Assembly (NCBI GenBank): GCA_016188965.1 | Contig: JACPGT010000002.1 | Location: 245,852 to 309,851, forward strand | Direction: 5' to 3' | DNA from: Candidatus Micrarchaeota archaeon | GTDB taxonomy: Archaea > Micrarchaeota > Micrarchaeia > Norongarragalinales > Norongarragalinaceae | Length of the DNA: 64,000 nt | In this document: positions 41,250 to 50,874 of the stretch, one piece after another | Layout: every line of letters starts with the position of its first letter | Position numbering within the stretch: the stretch's first letter is position 1 | Made by a program: the position numbers and the translations under genes | Notes under the pieces: model-generated | The model's database searches: none | What the model saw: the letters and a program-made list of their open reading frames with translations, nothing else | Told to the model about the DNA's origin: nothing

Positions 41250-42244
41250 GGTTGTTTCATCCCTTTCGGTTTTTGCTTTTGCCAGTACTGGGTGCGGTTT
41301 TTGGAATAATAGGCGATGGTTTGAGCCAGGCCGTCCGTAAAGCGCGTCTTGGGCGTCCATCCGGTGGCCTTGCGTATCTTGCCGATGTCAGGGTAGAAGT
41401 CGCCGGGTTCCTGGGCTTTGCGTTCGGGGCTGTAATCGGTCCGGACCGCTCGGCCGTGTCCGGCGGCGGAGATGATTTGGTCGACGGCGTCGTGCAGCCG
41501 CACCGGTTGAGAGTTACCGACGTTGAACGTGCCTTGCGCGCCGGGCGTTTCAGCCAGGGCCATGAGGGCGTCAACGCAGTCGGCCACGTACAACACGTCG
41601 CGTTGGACGTTGCCAAAGACGGGTATCGGCTCGTCGTCCATGGCCAGCCGGATGAACCAGTTGATGACGCCGCTTGCGTTGGTGTCCATCCGCGCGCGTT
41701 CTCCGTAGACGTTGGTCAGGCGTGCGTGTACGAACGTCAGGCCGAACTGCCGGGCGTAAAGTTCCATCATCTGCAGGCTCTGCCACTTGGTCAGTTCGTA
41801 CAATCCCAACGGGTTTGGGCGTGCGTCTTCGGATACGGGAAGCCGGGTTTGCGGGCCGTATTCGCCACGGGTGCCGGTGTGGATGATTTTGGGCTTTGGG
41901 CCGGCCAGCTTTTTCCAGGCGTCCAGCAGCAAAAGCGTGCCTTGGACGTTGTCCTGGACATAGGGCACCGGGTCTTCGCGCCACGCGACGTGGTCGGTGC
42001 GTGCGGCCAGGTGGAATACGGCGTCCGTGCCGGTCATGGCGTCGGCCAGGAGGCGGGCGTCGTTGAAGTCGTGCTCGTGGACCGTGACTTTTTTGATGCC
42101 GCGGATGTTGAACCGGTTGCCGCTGCTTAAGTCGTCAATCAGGGTCAGTTCCGCACCGGAGCGGTCCAACGCGTGGGCCAGGTTCGAGCCGATGAACCCC
42201 AATCCGCCGGTGATGAGCACTTTTTTGCCGTTCCAGTATCCCAT
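41246..42244 (-). CDS. NAD-dependent nucleotide-sugar epimerase/dehydratase
   Basis: Start at ATG 42244 (MGYWNGKKVLITGGLGFIGSNL); YELTK (YxxxK). Confidence 0.75.
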   Translation of the reverse strand: MGYWNGKKVLITGGLGFIGSNLAHALDRSGAELTLIDDLSSGNRFNIRGIKKVTVHEHDFNDARLLADAMTGTDAVFHLAARTDHVAWREDPVPYVQDNVQGTLLLLDAWKKLAGPKPKIIHTGTRGEYGPQTRLPVSEDARPNPLGLYELTKWQSLQMMELYARQFGLTFVHARLTNVYGERARMDTNASGVINWFIRLAMDDEPIPVFGNVQRDVLYVADCVDALMALAETPGAQGTFNVGNSQPVRLHDAVDQIISAAGHGRAVRTDYSPERKAQEPGDFYPDIGKIRKATGWTPKTRFTDGLAQTIAYYSKNRTQYWQKQKPKGMKQP

Positions 42245-42252
42245 GGTGGTTT

Positions 42253-44130
42253 TCAAATCCGGGTTTGCGTATCGTCGCCCAGCATCAGCACGTGCTCTTC
42301 GGGCTTGGGCGATTGTCCTTTGACCTGGCTGTTTTTGCCGATGATGCTGAATCGCATCGGGCCAACGCTTTCCAGGCGGACGCCTTCCATCGTCAGTCCG
42401 TATTCGATGTGGGCGTCGTGCAGTTGGTTGCGGTTTCCCAGCGTGGTGTATGGGCCGACGAACGAGCTTTCGATGGTGCAGTGTTCTCCGATGGAGGCGG
42501 GGCCGATGATGGTGGAGTTGTTTCGGATGACCGTGCCTTGGCCAATCTGTACGCGTCCTTTGATGATGCAACCGGGTTCGACTTTTATGGAGTCCAACGT
42601 CTGGGCCGGCATTTCATCCAAAATCAGGGCGTTGGCCTTGAGGATGGAGTCGGCGTTTCCCGTATCCTCCCACCAGTCGCGGATGAGCCGGTGGCCGACG
42701 GGTTTGCGCATTTCCAGCAGTTTCTGGATGGCGTCGGTGATTTCCAGTTCGCCGCGGGCGGAGGGCCGGATGGCGCGGATGGCTTGGAACACGTCAGGAC
42801 GGAACGCGTACACGCCGATGATGCCTAAGTTGCCGTGAGGCTCCTTGGGTTTTTCATGGAGGCGGATGATGCGGCCTTGGCCGTCCAATTCCGCGATGCC
42901 GAACTTCTCCGGTTCCTTCACTTCCGTCAGCATGATCGACGCGCTGACGTCGGAGTGGATAAAGTCGATCAAAAAGTCGGTCAGGTCGTCGCGCAGCAAG
43001 TTGTCGCCCAGGTACATCAGGAACGGGGATTGGGCGAGAAATTTTTCCGCCGTCAGCACGGCATGGGCAAGTCCCGACGGCGCGTCCTGTTCGATGTAGG
43101 TGACGTGGACGTTCCAGTCGCTGCCGTCGTGAAGGCAATTGCGGATTTGGTCCTGGTTGGGCCCCACGATGACGCCGACTTCACTGATGCCGCTTTTGGC
43201 GATTTTTTCCATGATGAAATGGAGGATGGGCTTGTTGGCAATGGGGAACACCTGCTTTTGGATGGTGTTGGTAAAGGGGCGCAGGCGCGTGCCCTTACCG
43301 CCTGCCAGGATGAGTGCTTTCATGCCGCCGATGGCCTGGCGGTAGCCGTGCGCGCGGCGGGCGTCCAGGATGGCATCGATAAAGCCAAGATTGCCCTGGT
43401 AGAGAAAGTCCTGGGGCGCCTGACGGACCGCTTGTGTGACTTTTTCAAGGCTCATGCCGTATTGTTTTTCCAGCGCGTCGACGGCGTTGAATACCAGCTG
43501 GGTGCTGGAAATGGCGTAGGTGCCGGATCGCACGGTGACTGGAGGCGTGGCAATCTTGGCTTTGCTTTGGAGCAATTCTTCGACCAGGAGCGAATCGCCG
43601 GCCCAGGAGTTTTCCGGAGTGAACGTCGTCAAGGGCAAGCGGGCGGTGTCGTACAGGATGTAGGCCCCGGGCACGGGGTCGGCCAAGGTGTGGCCGGTGC
43701 GGATCCGGAGAAAGCCGTTCATCAAGTCTTCCATCGTGGTACCGTCCAGCTGGCCGCGGGTGAACAGAAAGCGGCGGCTGCGTTCGGGGATGACGGCGTC
43801 GGCTTTTCCAAGGTTTCGGCGGTAGGCTTCGGCGATTTCGGTTGCTTGGTGCTGGCGTCCGCCGTCCAAGACGATGGCGTGGGAAAACCCGTTCTGCTTC
43901 GCGTATTCGAGAATCTTCCGAGTGGGGATGCCAAGGCCCAACGGGCGGTCGCTGTAATGGATGACGGCGTCGGCGTGCGCGGCCATGCGGGGACCGGGCG
44001 GCAGGCCGCAGATGAGCAATAGCACGGTGGCCTGGGGAAACGCGGCGCGGATGTCGGCCAGCTGTTCTTCGCATTGCTCGGCGTTGTTTTCAACCTGGTA
44101 GGTACGGACGCCTATGAGGAGTTTTTGCAT
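42253..44130 (-). CDS. Fusion: N-terminal uncharacterised domain of about 250 aa plus a sugar-1-phosphate nucleotidyltransferase (RmlA-like) with a C-terminal beta-helix
   Basis: Internal MKALILAGGKGTRLRPFT (the nucleotidyltransferase G-loop) at about residue 265 of the same frame with no intervening stop. The C-terminal hexapeptide-like region resembles archaeal bifunctional nucleotidyltransferases. Start at ATG 44130. Confidence 0.65.
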   Translation of the reverse strand: MQKLLIGVRTYQVENNAEQCEEQLADIRAAFPQATVLLLICGLPPGPRMAAHADAVIHYSDRPLGLGIPTRKILEYAKQNGFSHAIVLDGGRQHQATEIAEAYRRNLGKADAVIPERSRRFLFTRGQLDGTTMEDLMNGFLRIRTGHTLADPVPGAYILYDTARLPLTTFTPENSWAGDSLLVEELLQSKAKIATPPVTVRSGTYAISSTQLVFNAVDALEKQYGMSLEKVTQAVRQAPQDFLYQGNLGFIDAILDARRAHGYRQAIGGMKALILAGGKGTRLRPFTNTIQKQVFPIANKPILHFIMEKIAKSGISEVGVIVGPNQDQIRNCLHDGSDWNVHVTYIEQDAPSGLAHAVLTAEKFLAQSPFLMYLGDNLLRDDLTDFLIDFIHSDVSASIMLTEVKEPEKFGIAELDGQGRIIRLHEKPKEPHGNLGIIGVYAFRPDVFQAIRAIRPSARGELEITDAIQKLLEMRKPVGHRLIRDWWEDTGNADSILKANALILDEMPAQTLDSIKVEPGCIIKGRVQIGQGTVIRNNSTIIGPASIGEHCTIESSFVGPYTTLGNRNQLHDAHIEYGLTMEGVRLESVGPMRFSIIGKNSQVKGQSPKPEEHVLMLGDDTQTRI

Positions 44131-45080
44131 GTGGCACACCAATTCGGGTTGTCGCGGTACCATTGGACCGTTTGCAGTATTCGTTCGGAAAAGGGCGCTT
44201 GGCTTGTCCGGAAGCCGAGCGCGCGGATTTTAGCGTCGTCCACGGCGTACCGGAAGTCATGGCCCTTGCGGTCCTGCACGTGTTCGATGCGTGCTTGGGG
44301 GTTGCCTACGGCATCCAAAATGTGTTGCACGACGTCCAGGTTGGTCCGCTCGTTCCGGCCGGCGATGTTGTACGTCTGCCCGGGCTTTCCTTTTTCCAAC
44401 ACCAAGCCGATGGCGTCGGCATTGTCTTCCACGTACACCCAATCCCGCACGTTCGTGCCGTTGCCGTACACGGGGATGGCTTTTCCGGCCAGCGCGTGGA
44501 GGATGGCTTTGGGAATGAGTTTTTCAGGGTGTTGGTACGGGCCGAAATTGTTGGTGCTGCGCGTGATGCATACCGGCAGGCCGAACGTGGTGCCGTATGC
44601 CATGCAGAGCATTTCGGCCGCGGCCTTGCTGGCCGAGTAGGGGCTGGACGGCGTCAGTTTGTCTTTTTCGGTGAATGCGCCGTGTTCGATGCTGCCGTAG
44701 ACTTCGTCGGTGGACACTTGGATGAATTTGGCGACGTTTTGCTGTTGGGCGCATTTGATGAGGTTCTGGGTGCCGACGATGTTGGTGTGGATAAAGGCGT
44801 CGGCGGAACGGATCGAGTTGTCCACGTGGCTTTCCGCGGCAAAATGGACCACGGCGTCGCAGCCTCGGATGGCTTTTTGCACCGTCTGCGGGTCGGCGAT
44901 GTCGCCGTGAACGTAGGCGTACCGTTCATCCGCTTGCACATCCTGCAGGTTGGCCGGGTTGCCCGCGTACGTGTCCAGGTCGAGGTTGACGATGCGGGCG
45001 TCGGACCGCTGGAGCGTGCGTCGGATGAAATGGCTTCCAATGAAACCTAAGCCGCCGGTTACCAGTATTTTCGAATGCAT
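44112..45080 (-). CDS. rmlB: dTDP-glucose 4,6-dehydratase
   Basis: ILVTGGLGFIGSHF, YSASKAA (YxxxK) and overall RfbB-like sequence; 322 aa. Confidence 0.85.
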   Translation of the reverse strand: MHSKILVTGGLGFIGSHFIRRTLQRSDARIVNLDLDTYAGNPANLQDVQADERYAYVHGDIADPQTVQKAIRGCDAVVHFAAESHVDNSIRSADAFIHTNIVGTQNLIKCAQQQNVAKFIQVSTDEVYGSIEHGAFTEKDKLTPSSPYSASKAAAEMLCMAYGTTFGLPVCITRSTNNFGPYQHPEKLIPKAILHALAGKAIPVYGNGTNVRDWVYVEDNADAIGLVLEKGKPGQTYNIAGRNERTNLDVVQHILDAVGNPQARIEHVQDRKGHDFRYAVDDAKIRALGFRTSQAPFSERILQTVQWYRDNPNWCATCKNSS

Positions 45081-45114
45081 GTTTAGTTCCTTCTTTCCTT
45101 TCAGTTCCTCTATT

Positions 45115-46155
45115 TTAAGCCGATGAATACGTGGCGTATTGCTTTAATTGGCCGCCCCATTTTTCTTTGAATCGGAAGATGCCTTTTTCCTTGTCCGTCT
45201 GGGGGTCGGGGTTGACGCCGTTTTGGTCGTACTGGCTGCAACCGTTTTTTTGGCCCCATTCGACGATGTGCCAGCGGATGAGGTCGCTTGCGTATATCTT
45301 GTTGTCGATGGCATATTGGCTTTGGCCGGCGCCCCATTCGTTGACATATCCGTTGAAGCACGTGATGCCCAGGCCGGCCAGGACGCGGCCGTCTTTTTCT
45401 GCCAGGAGGATGCGGCCGTACCCTTTTTTGACAAAGAAGTCGAAAAATGCGTCGTTTCCTTTTGCGGCATACTGAAGGAGTCTGTTTTTTCGGCGGCCTT
45501 CGTTGAGCAGATTGAGATATTGGTTCAAATCTTCGCGGCTTTCAGCTTCCCGGACAACGACGCCGTCCTCACGCGTGCGGTTGACCAGTTTGCGTGCCGC
45601 CTTGTCCACGTTCTGCCAGAGCGTTTCCAACGGCTGCGTCAGGTCGATAAGAAACGTGGCCCACGGTTTTGCATGCAAGCCGGTGTTTTCAAATACGGCG
45701 CCGGATTCCGGTTGCATCGGGCTGTGGCTTCCGGACAGCCGCGCGTGCGTCTTTTGGGCACGGCGGATGGCGTCTTCGACCGTGGCGCGTGCGGCTGCTG
45801 GGTCGGCATACGTGGGGCCGTAGGTGAAGCGATCTTCTCCAAACACTTTGCGGGCCAAGGGTAACGTGATGCCGGATAAGGGTTGGTCGTACAACAGCTG
45901 GAACGGCCGGGACGATTCGACGACCATGAGTTGCGCCGCGGTCTGGCCGTCTTTTTCGCAGCGGATGAACCGGGGTTTCATGCCGATGGCGCGCACGTAT
46001 CCGGCGTAGGCAGCGGATTGGTAGATGGTGCCCTGGTGGGCCTTGAGAAAATCATCCCAGCCTTGCGGAGCCTCGGTCGCCGCGTTGGTGTGTATTCCGT
46101 CCGCATTCAAGGGTGCATCACGTTTTCGTAAAAGCTTTTTTCGCGCGCCTTCCAT
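45115..46155 (-). CDS. FemAB-family / GNAT-fold aminoacyl(peptidyl)transferase-like protein; start uncertain
   Basis: Pattern WDDFL...GTIYQSAAYA...FLIDL...LWQNVDKAARKLVNR...LLAEKDGRVLAGLGITCFNGYVNEWGAGQS...GIFRFKEKWGG resembles FemX/FemAB and related lipid II glycyltransferase-like proteins. Possible starts are ATG 46155 or TTG 46110. Confidence 0.55.
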   Translation of the reverse strand: MEGARKKLLRKRDAPLNADGIHTNAATEAPQGWDDFLKAHQGTIYQSAAYAGYVRAIGMKPRFIRCEKDGQTAAQLMVVESSRPFQLLYDQPLSGITLPLARKVFGEDRFTYGPTYADPAAARATVEDAIRRAQKTHARLSGSHSPMQPESGAVFENTGLHAKPWATFLIDLTQPLETLWQNVDKAARKLVNRTREDGVVVREAESREDLNQYLNLLNEGRRKNRLLQYAAKGNDAFFDFFVKKGYGRILLAEKDGRVLAGLGITCFNGYVNEWGAGQSQYAIDNKIYASDLIRWHIVEWGQKNGCSQYDQNGVNPDPQTDKEKGIFRFKEKWGGQLKQYATYSSA

Positions 46156-47318
46156 GCCGTCAGGCTGAAGCGCTCTTCCGCCACGCGCCTTGCGGCCTTT
46201 CCCATCCGCTCCGCCTCTTCCGGCGCTTCCAACAGTTTCAGCACGGCATCGGCGCATTCCGGCACCGAGCCGGCACGCACCAATAAGCCGTTTTCGCCCG
46301 TTTTGATCGTCTCGCGGCTCCACTCGACGTCGCCGGCCACGATGGCCAATCCCGAAGACATGGCTTCAATCAGGGTAAATCCTGCCATTTGCGGTGCCAG
46401 AAATACGGCGCTTTCCGACATGAGCTTGGGCAGCTGCGTTTCGTGGTCCACCCTTCCTAGGAACTGCACGTGCTTTTCCAATTCCAGTTGCCGCACGCGT
46501 TGCCGAAGCGCGTCTTCCTCTTCGCCCCGTCCGGCGATCAGAAGCTTCGCATCCGGCTTCTTTTTCACCACGATGGCCATGGCTTCGATGGCTTCCTGCG
46601 CGCCTTTGACTTTGGAAAGTCGGCCCACGAAGAGTACCTGGTTTGCTTTGCGCGGCAGGCTGTCGGGGTGGAACTGGTGCGTGTCGACGAAATTGGGGTG
46701 GAATACCAGCCTGTCCTCGCGTGCGCCCTTGCGCACGGCGTAGTCGCGGATGTGGCCGCTGATGACCGGCACGCAATCCGCACGCTTGAGAACGAACGGC
46801 ACGATGGCGTCGACGAAGAGGTTGCGCAAGAAACGGCGGCCTTCGTCCTTCTTTGCCAAGTCCTCGTCGGTATGCACCGAAACGACCGTCTTGGCTCCCG
46901 TCAGTTTGGCCGCGATGACGGCGGCAAAGCCGCTGGTGGGCGCCATGGCGCGGATGACCTTCACGCCTTTTTTTCGCACCAGCTTCCGAAGCGTCCAGAT
47001 GTCCTTCAGCAATGCGAAGTAGTACAATAATGGATGGGCCCAGCCGTTGGACAGGATGGTCACGCCCGGCGTCGAAGGATATTGGCGGGAGTCGCGCGGC
47101 GAGACGACGAAGACGTGGTCGAACGACTGCAGGGAATTGTCGAACTGCGTCTGCAGCACGTCGAAATGGCCGACGTCGACCTGGTTCTGCAGCGGATAAT
47201 TCAGGATGATGGCCAGGTTGCTGCCTTTTGCGGCATTGGTCGCCATCGCGCTTTGGAATCCGTCCGACTCCGGTTCACTCCGGTCCGCAACGGCTTTTCG
47301 CATGGCTTCTGGCTCCAT
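46107..47318 (-). CDS. Glycosyltransferase, GT4 (group 1) family
   Basis: GT-B C-terminal pattern (FLAPQMAGFTLIEAMSSGLAIVAGD); start uncertain. Confidence 0.7.
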   Translation of the reverse strand: MEPEAMRKAVADRSEPESDGFQSAMATNAAKGSNLAIILNYPLQNQVDVGHFDVLQTQFDNSLQSFDHVFVVSPRDSRQYPSTPGVTILSNGWAHPLLYYFALLKDIWTLRKLVRKKGVKVIRAMAPTSGFAAVIAAKLTGAKTVVSVHTDEDLAKKDEGRRFLRNLFVDAIVPFVLKRADCVPVISGHIRDYAVRKGAREDRLVFHPNFVDTHQFHPDSLPRKANQVLFVGRLSKVKGAQEAIEAMAIVVKKKPDAKLLIAGRGEEEDALRQRVRQLELEKHVQFLGRVDHETQLPKLMSESAVFLAPQMAGFTLIEAMSSGLAIVAGDVEWSRETIKTGENGLLVRAGSVPECADAVLKLLEAPEEAERMGKAARRVAEERFSLTAWKAREKSFYENVMHP

Positions 47319-47324
47319 CCGGTT

Positions 47325-48617
47325 TCACGACCGCCCGATGCCGGCGAACGTGCCGCCGGCCTGCCGCACGACGTCCGCCGGAACCACGTTGACGCCGTCG
47401 ACGACTTTCTTCGTGCGCATCTTGCGCACCAGTTCGGTCCAGTCCAACTGCCTGTATTCCGCGTGGTTGGCGCAGACGATGATGCCGTCCAAACCGTCCG
47501 CCGCAGCCGGCGTGAGCGGTTCGGCGCCGAATCGGCGGATTTCCTCGTCCGTGCACAAAGGCTCGTGCGCGAAGACCTGGACGCCCCGCGATTGGAGGAT
47601 GCCAAGGATCTCGATGCCCGGACTCTTGCGGAATTCCTTCACGCCGCCTCTGAACGTCAATCCGAATACTGCCACGCGCTGGCCTTTCTTGGGGGCCAGC
47701 AAGTCGACGGTGCGGCCGGGCATGGCGTCGTTCGTTCGCCGCGCCGCCCGAAGCAGGGGCGTGTCCGTCCCGGCGTCCATCACGAAGTACGGGTAGTAGG
47801 GGATGCAGTGCCCGCCGACGCCGCAACTGGGCATGTGGATATGGCAGTACGGCTGGGTGTTGGCCGCGGCGAACGCATCCAGGGCGTCCACGCCCATGGT
47901 TCGGCAGTACGCGGCCAGTTCGTTGGCCAGGGCGATGTTGACGTCGCGATAGATGCCTTCGAAGACCTTGACGCATTCGGCCGCCTTGATGGACGGCATG
48001 CGCACCACGCCCTTGGCGTTGATGGCTCCGTACATGGCCGCGACGCGCTCAAGCGTGGGTGCGTCCGAAGCACCGATGATCTTGGGGTACTGCCTTTGGA
48101 TGTCGCGCAGGGCCGTTCCGGAACTGGTCCGCTCCGGTGCGTGGGCCAACGCCAAGGCGCCTTTTCGTCCGGCTTGCGTCGCGGCTTTTTGCGCCTCCGC
48201 TCCGATGCGCTCCGTCGCGCCCGGGGGCATGGTCGACTCGGTGATCAGCACGGCGCCTGGCTTCAGGGTGCGTCCGGCGGCGCGCGCCACGTCCAGCACG
48301 GCCTCCAAATCCGGCTCGACTTTTCCGCCGCTGTCATGGATGAGCGTGGGCACCAGGATGATGACGGCGTCGCGGTCGGACACGTCCAGGTCCGTCGTGG
48401 CCCGAAGGTTCGACCCGATATGGGCCTTGAGCAGTTCGTGCACGCCTGGCTCCTGGGGCAGCACGTCCTGTGCGGCACTGACGCGTCGGACCAAGTCGGC
48501 GTTGATGTCGATTCCCGTCACGTCGAATCCCTTGCTCGCGAAGGCACATGCCAGCGGGAGGCCCATCTTGCCGATTCCAAAGACTGCGATCTTCCGGATT
48601 CCTCGTTCCATTTTCAT
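47325..48617 (-). CDS. Nucleotide-sugar 6-dehydrogenase (UDP-GlcNAc/ManNAc dehydrogenase, WbpA/WecC-like)
   Basis: Start at ATG 48617 (MKMERGIRKIAVFGIGKMGLP). Catalytic Cys in GVGGHCIPYYP. ATGA overlap with the upstream gene. Confidence 0.8.
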   Translation of the reverse strand: MKMERGIRKIAVFGIGKMGLPLACAFASKGFDVTGIDINADLVRRVSAAQDVLPQEPGVHELLKAHIGSNLRATTDLDVSDRDAVIILVPTLIHDSGGKVEPDLEAVLDVARAAGRTLKPGAVLITESTMPPGATERIGAEAQKAATQAGRKGALALAHAPERTSSGTALRDIQRQYPKIIGASDAPTLERVAAMYGAINAKGVVRMPSIKAAECVKVFEGIYRDVNIALANELAAYCRTMGVDALDAFAAANTQPYCHIHMPSCGVGGHCIPYYPYFVMDAGTDTPLLRAARRTNDAMPGRTVDLLAPKKGQRVAVFGLTFRGGVKEFRKSPGIEILGILQSRGVQVFAHEPLCTDEEIRRFGAEPLTPAAADGLDGIIVCANHAEYRQLDWTELVRKMRTKKVVDGVNVVPADVVRQAGGTFAGIGRS

Positions 48618-49642
48618 CACGCATTTCCTGACGGCGCCGGGGTTTTTGCCGCGCCTTCGGCGTTTTCCGACCACGCCGCCACGTCTTCCGATTTGGCCAG
48701 CCAGGCGTCTTTTTCCTTCAGTAGGGCCAGGCTGCGTTCGAAGTCCTTGAGGTGGACGACGTCGCGCGGGTCGAAGTAGAAATTCAGGTACGTGCCGTAT
48801 TCTTCCGCCAAGGCGACGGATTTTCCGAACAGCCGGAAGAAGTCGCCGTCGTGCGCGTGGGCCGGCGGTTGGCTTCGGAAGCAATGCCAGCTGTCGAACA
48901 GCGGCTTGTAGTGCTCCGGACAGGCCATCATGGGAAGTTCCCAAAGCCGGTAGGCGCTTGTCGCCTGGTCTGCGCTTTCCGCATCGTGGCCGCTTTCCTT
49001 CGCGTTTTCACGTTGGCCATTGTTCCGGTTTTTTTGCGTGTCTGCCGGTTTGCCTCTCTGGTGGAAGTCCTTGCGTGCCGGGCGGTACGGCTGGCCCCAG
49101 GATTCCGTCGTGGTCATGGTCGTCGAGCTGGAATAGCGGTACCTGCGGCGTTCGAGGATGTCATAGACGCTCTGCGTGTGCAGGTTGCCGAAATGAGGCG
49201 TGCGGAAACCGGACGCCTGGTAGTCCAGCAAGTCGTGGGCGACTTTTTCAAAACCCGCGATTTCCTCCTCCTGTTCGGCTTCCGGCATCTTGTTGAAGAA
49301 GCGGTCCGGGTTGAACGTCTCGTTGTTCGGATGCGAATACGTGTGGTTGATGATCTCGTCCTTGCGTTCCAAAATCTTGCGGTGAAGCCCAGGCTCGCGT
49401 TCGACGAACTTGCCGATGCAGGCATGCGAGGCGGGCACTTCGTACGATTCCAGGAGTTCCAGCAATTCGGGGATGGCCTGCACGTCTTCCGGAAAATCGT
49501 AGTCGAACGAGATCGTCACGCAAAAACGCTTGCCCTGGGCCCAGGGTGTTCTGGTCTTTCGGCCCTTGGAAAAGTATCGCCTGAAGAGCCACGGCGCGGC
49601 CAGGCGGGCGGCACCGCGTTGCGCCTTGCGTAGGAAGTCCAT
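48617..49642 (-). CDS. Polysaccharide deacetylase (NodB homology domain) with a charged insertion
   Basis: ISFDYDF (metal-binding Asp region) and NHTYSHP (His-His motif). Confidence 0.7.
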   Translation of the reverse strand: MDFLRKAQRGAARLAAPWLFRRYFSKGRKTRTPWAQGKRFCVTISFDYDFPEDVQAIPELLELLESYEVPASHACIGKFVEREPGLHRKILERKDEIINHTYSHPNNETFNPDRFFNKMPEAEQEEEIAGFEKVAHDLLDYQASGFRTPHFGNLHTQSVYDILERRRYRYSSSTTMTTTESWGQPYRPARKDFHQRGKPADTQKNRNNGQRENAKESGHDAESADQATSAYRLWELPMMACPEHYKPLFDSWHCFRSQPPAHAHDGDFFRLFGKSVALAEEYGTYLNFYFDPRDVVHLKDFERSLALLKEKDAWLAKSEDVAAWSENAEGAAKTPAPSGNA

Positions 49643-49660
49643 CGAAATAATGAAACCGGC

Positions 49661-49727
49661 ACGTTAAATAAACTTTACATCCTTTGAGGAAACGTTAAAT
49701 AGGGGATGTAAAACAAACTTTACATCC
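49661..49727. promoter_or_regulatory. Divergent promoter: duplicated ACGTTAAATA boxes, each followed by a TTTACATCC site; full palindrome GGATGTAAA-acaaac-TTTACATCC at 49704-49727
   Basis: ACGTTAAATA at 49661-49670 and 49692-49701; TTTACATCC at 49674-49682 and 49719-49727; GGATGTAAA at 49704-49712. Confidence 0.65.
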
Positions 49728-49746
49728 GTTTCGTGTTGTTGACTGT

Positions 49747-50874
49747 ATGGCGACGGCTTTCGTGTGCATCTGCGGACCCTATCGAGCGGAGCAGCCCCGC
49801 GTTTCCAAATTGGCCGCCACTTTGGCCCGCAAGATGCCCGTGCAATTCGTCGTCACCACCGGATCGGGCCACGACGTCCACGCCGTCGGCGGCAAAAGCA
49901 AGGCGTCGTACATCCTGCACGCGGCCCGCTACCTCCGCCGCCACGCCCACGCCGGCGACGTCGTTCTGGGCTACGGCCACGGCGGTGCCCTGGCCGCCTA
50001 CGCCGGCACCCGCGGCACCGGCGCCTCGTTCTGGTACGATTATCCGGATCCCTGGAGCGGATGGTACCACTACCGCCAACCCACTGACTCGCCCAAATGG
50101 GCCGTCGGCCGCGGCCTCTTTGCCCAAGTCGAGCGCCGGCTGTACCGCGATGCCGACCTGGTCACGACCGCCAGTTTCGGCCAGATGGACTTCCTCCGCC
50201 GCCAACACGGAAAGCGCTCAGACGCGCACGTCATCCTCAATTGTCCGGATGCCGCGCAATTCCGCCGCGTCCCTTCCCCATCCCTGCCAGGCGTGCCCGA
50301 AAACGGCCGCGTCCTGATGTACCTCGGCAGCATCCTGGCCGAATACGGCTGCATGACGCTCATCCGCATGATGCCGGACATCCTGCGCCGGCAGCCCTCC
50401 GCATACCTCGTCTTTCTCGGCTCGGCCAAGGACCCCGCTTTCCTTGAATCACTCAAAGCCGAAGCCGGACGCCTGGGCGTGTCGGAACACGTGGTCTTCC
50501 TGCCGCCCGTGGACCGCAACGCCGTGCCGGCCATCCTCTCGGCCGCCGAAATCGGATTCGTCCCATTCCACGACGTGTTCTACAACCGCGTCGGAAGCCC
50601 CAACAAGCTGTTCGAATACATGGCCTGCGGCGCCGTTCCCGTCGTGTCGGACATGGATGAATTCCACCACTACCTCCGCCCCGGATCCAACGCCTTGTTC
50701 GTCCCGCCCCAGGACGCTTCGGCTTTCGCCAATGCGACCGTCGAGCTTCTGTCCGAGCCCAAACGGCTGCAAGGCATGCGGACGGCCAACGCGGAATTGG
50801 TCCGGACGCGCTACAACTGGTCCGTCCAGGAAGAACAACTACTCGGTGCACTTGCATGCTTGCCCTCGTCCTAG
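49747..50874 (+). CDS. Glycosyltransferase, GT4 (group 1) family
   Basis: GT-B C-terminal pattern (GSPNKLFEYMACGAVPVVSD). Confidence 0.75.
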   Translation: MATAFVCICGPYRAEQPRVSKLAATLARKMPVQFVVTTGSGHDVHAVGGKSKASYILHAARYLRRHAHAGDVVLGYGHGGALAAYAGTRGTGASFWYDYPDPWSGWYHYRQPTDSPKWAVGRGLFAQVERRLYRDADLVTTASFGQMDFLRRQHGKRSDAHVILNCPDAAQFRRVPSPSLPGVPENGRVLMYLGSILAEYGCMTLIRMMPDILRRQPSAYLVFLGSAKDPAFLESLKAEAGRLGVSEHVVFLPPVDRNAVPAILSAAEIGFVPFHDVFYNRVGSPNKLFEYMACGAVPVVSDMDEFHHYLRPGSNALFVPPQDASAFANATVELLSEPKRLQGMRTANAELVRTRYNWSVQEEQLLGALACLPSS

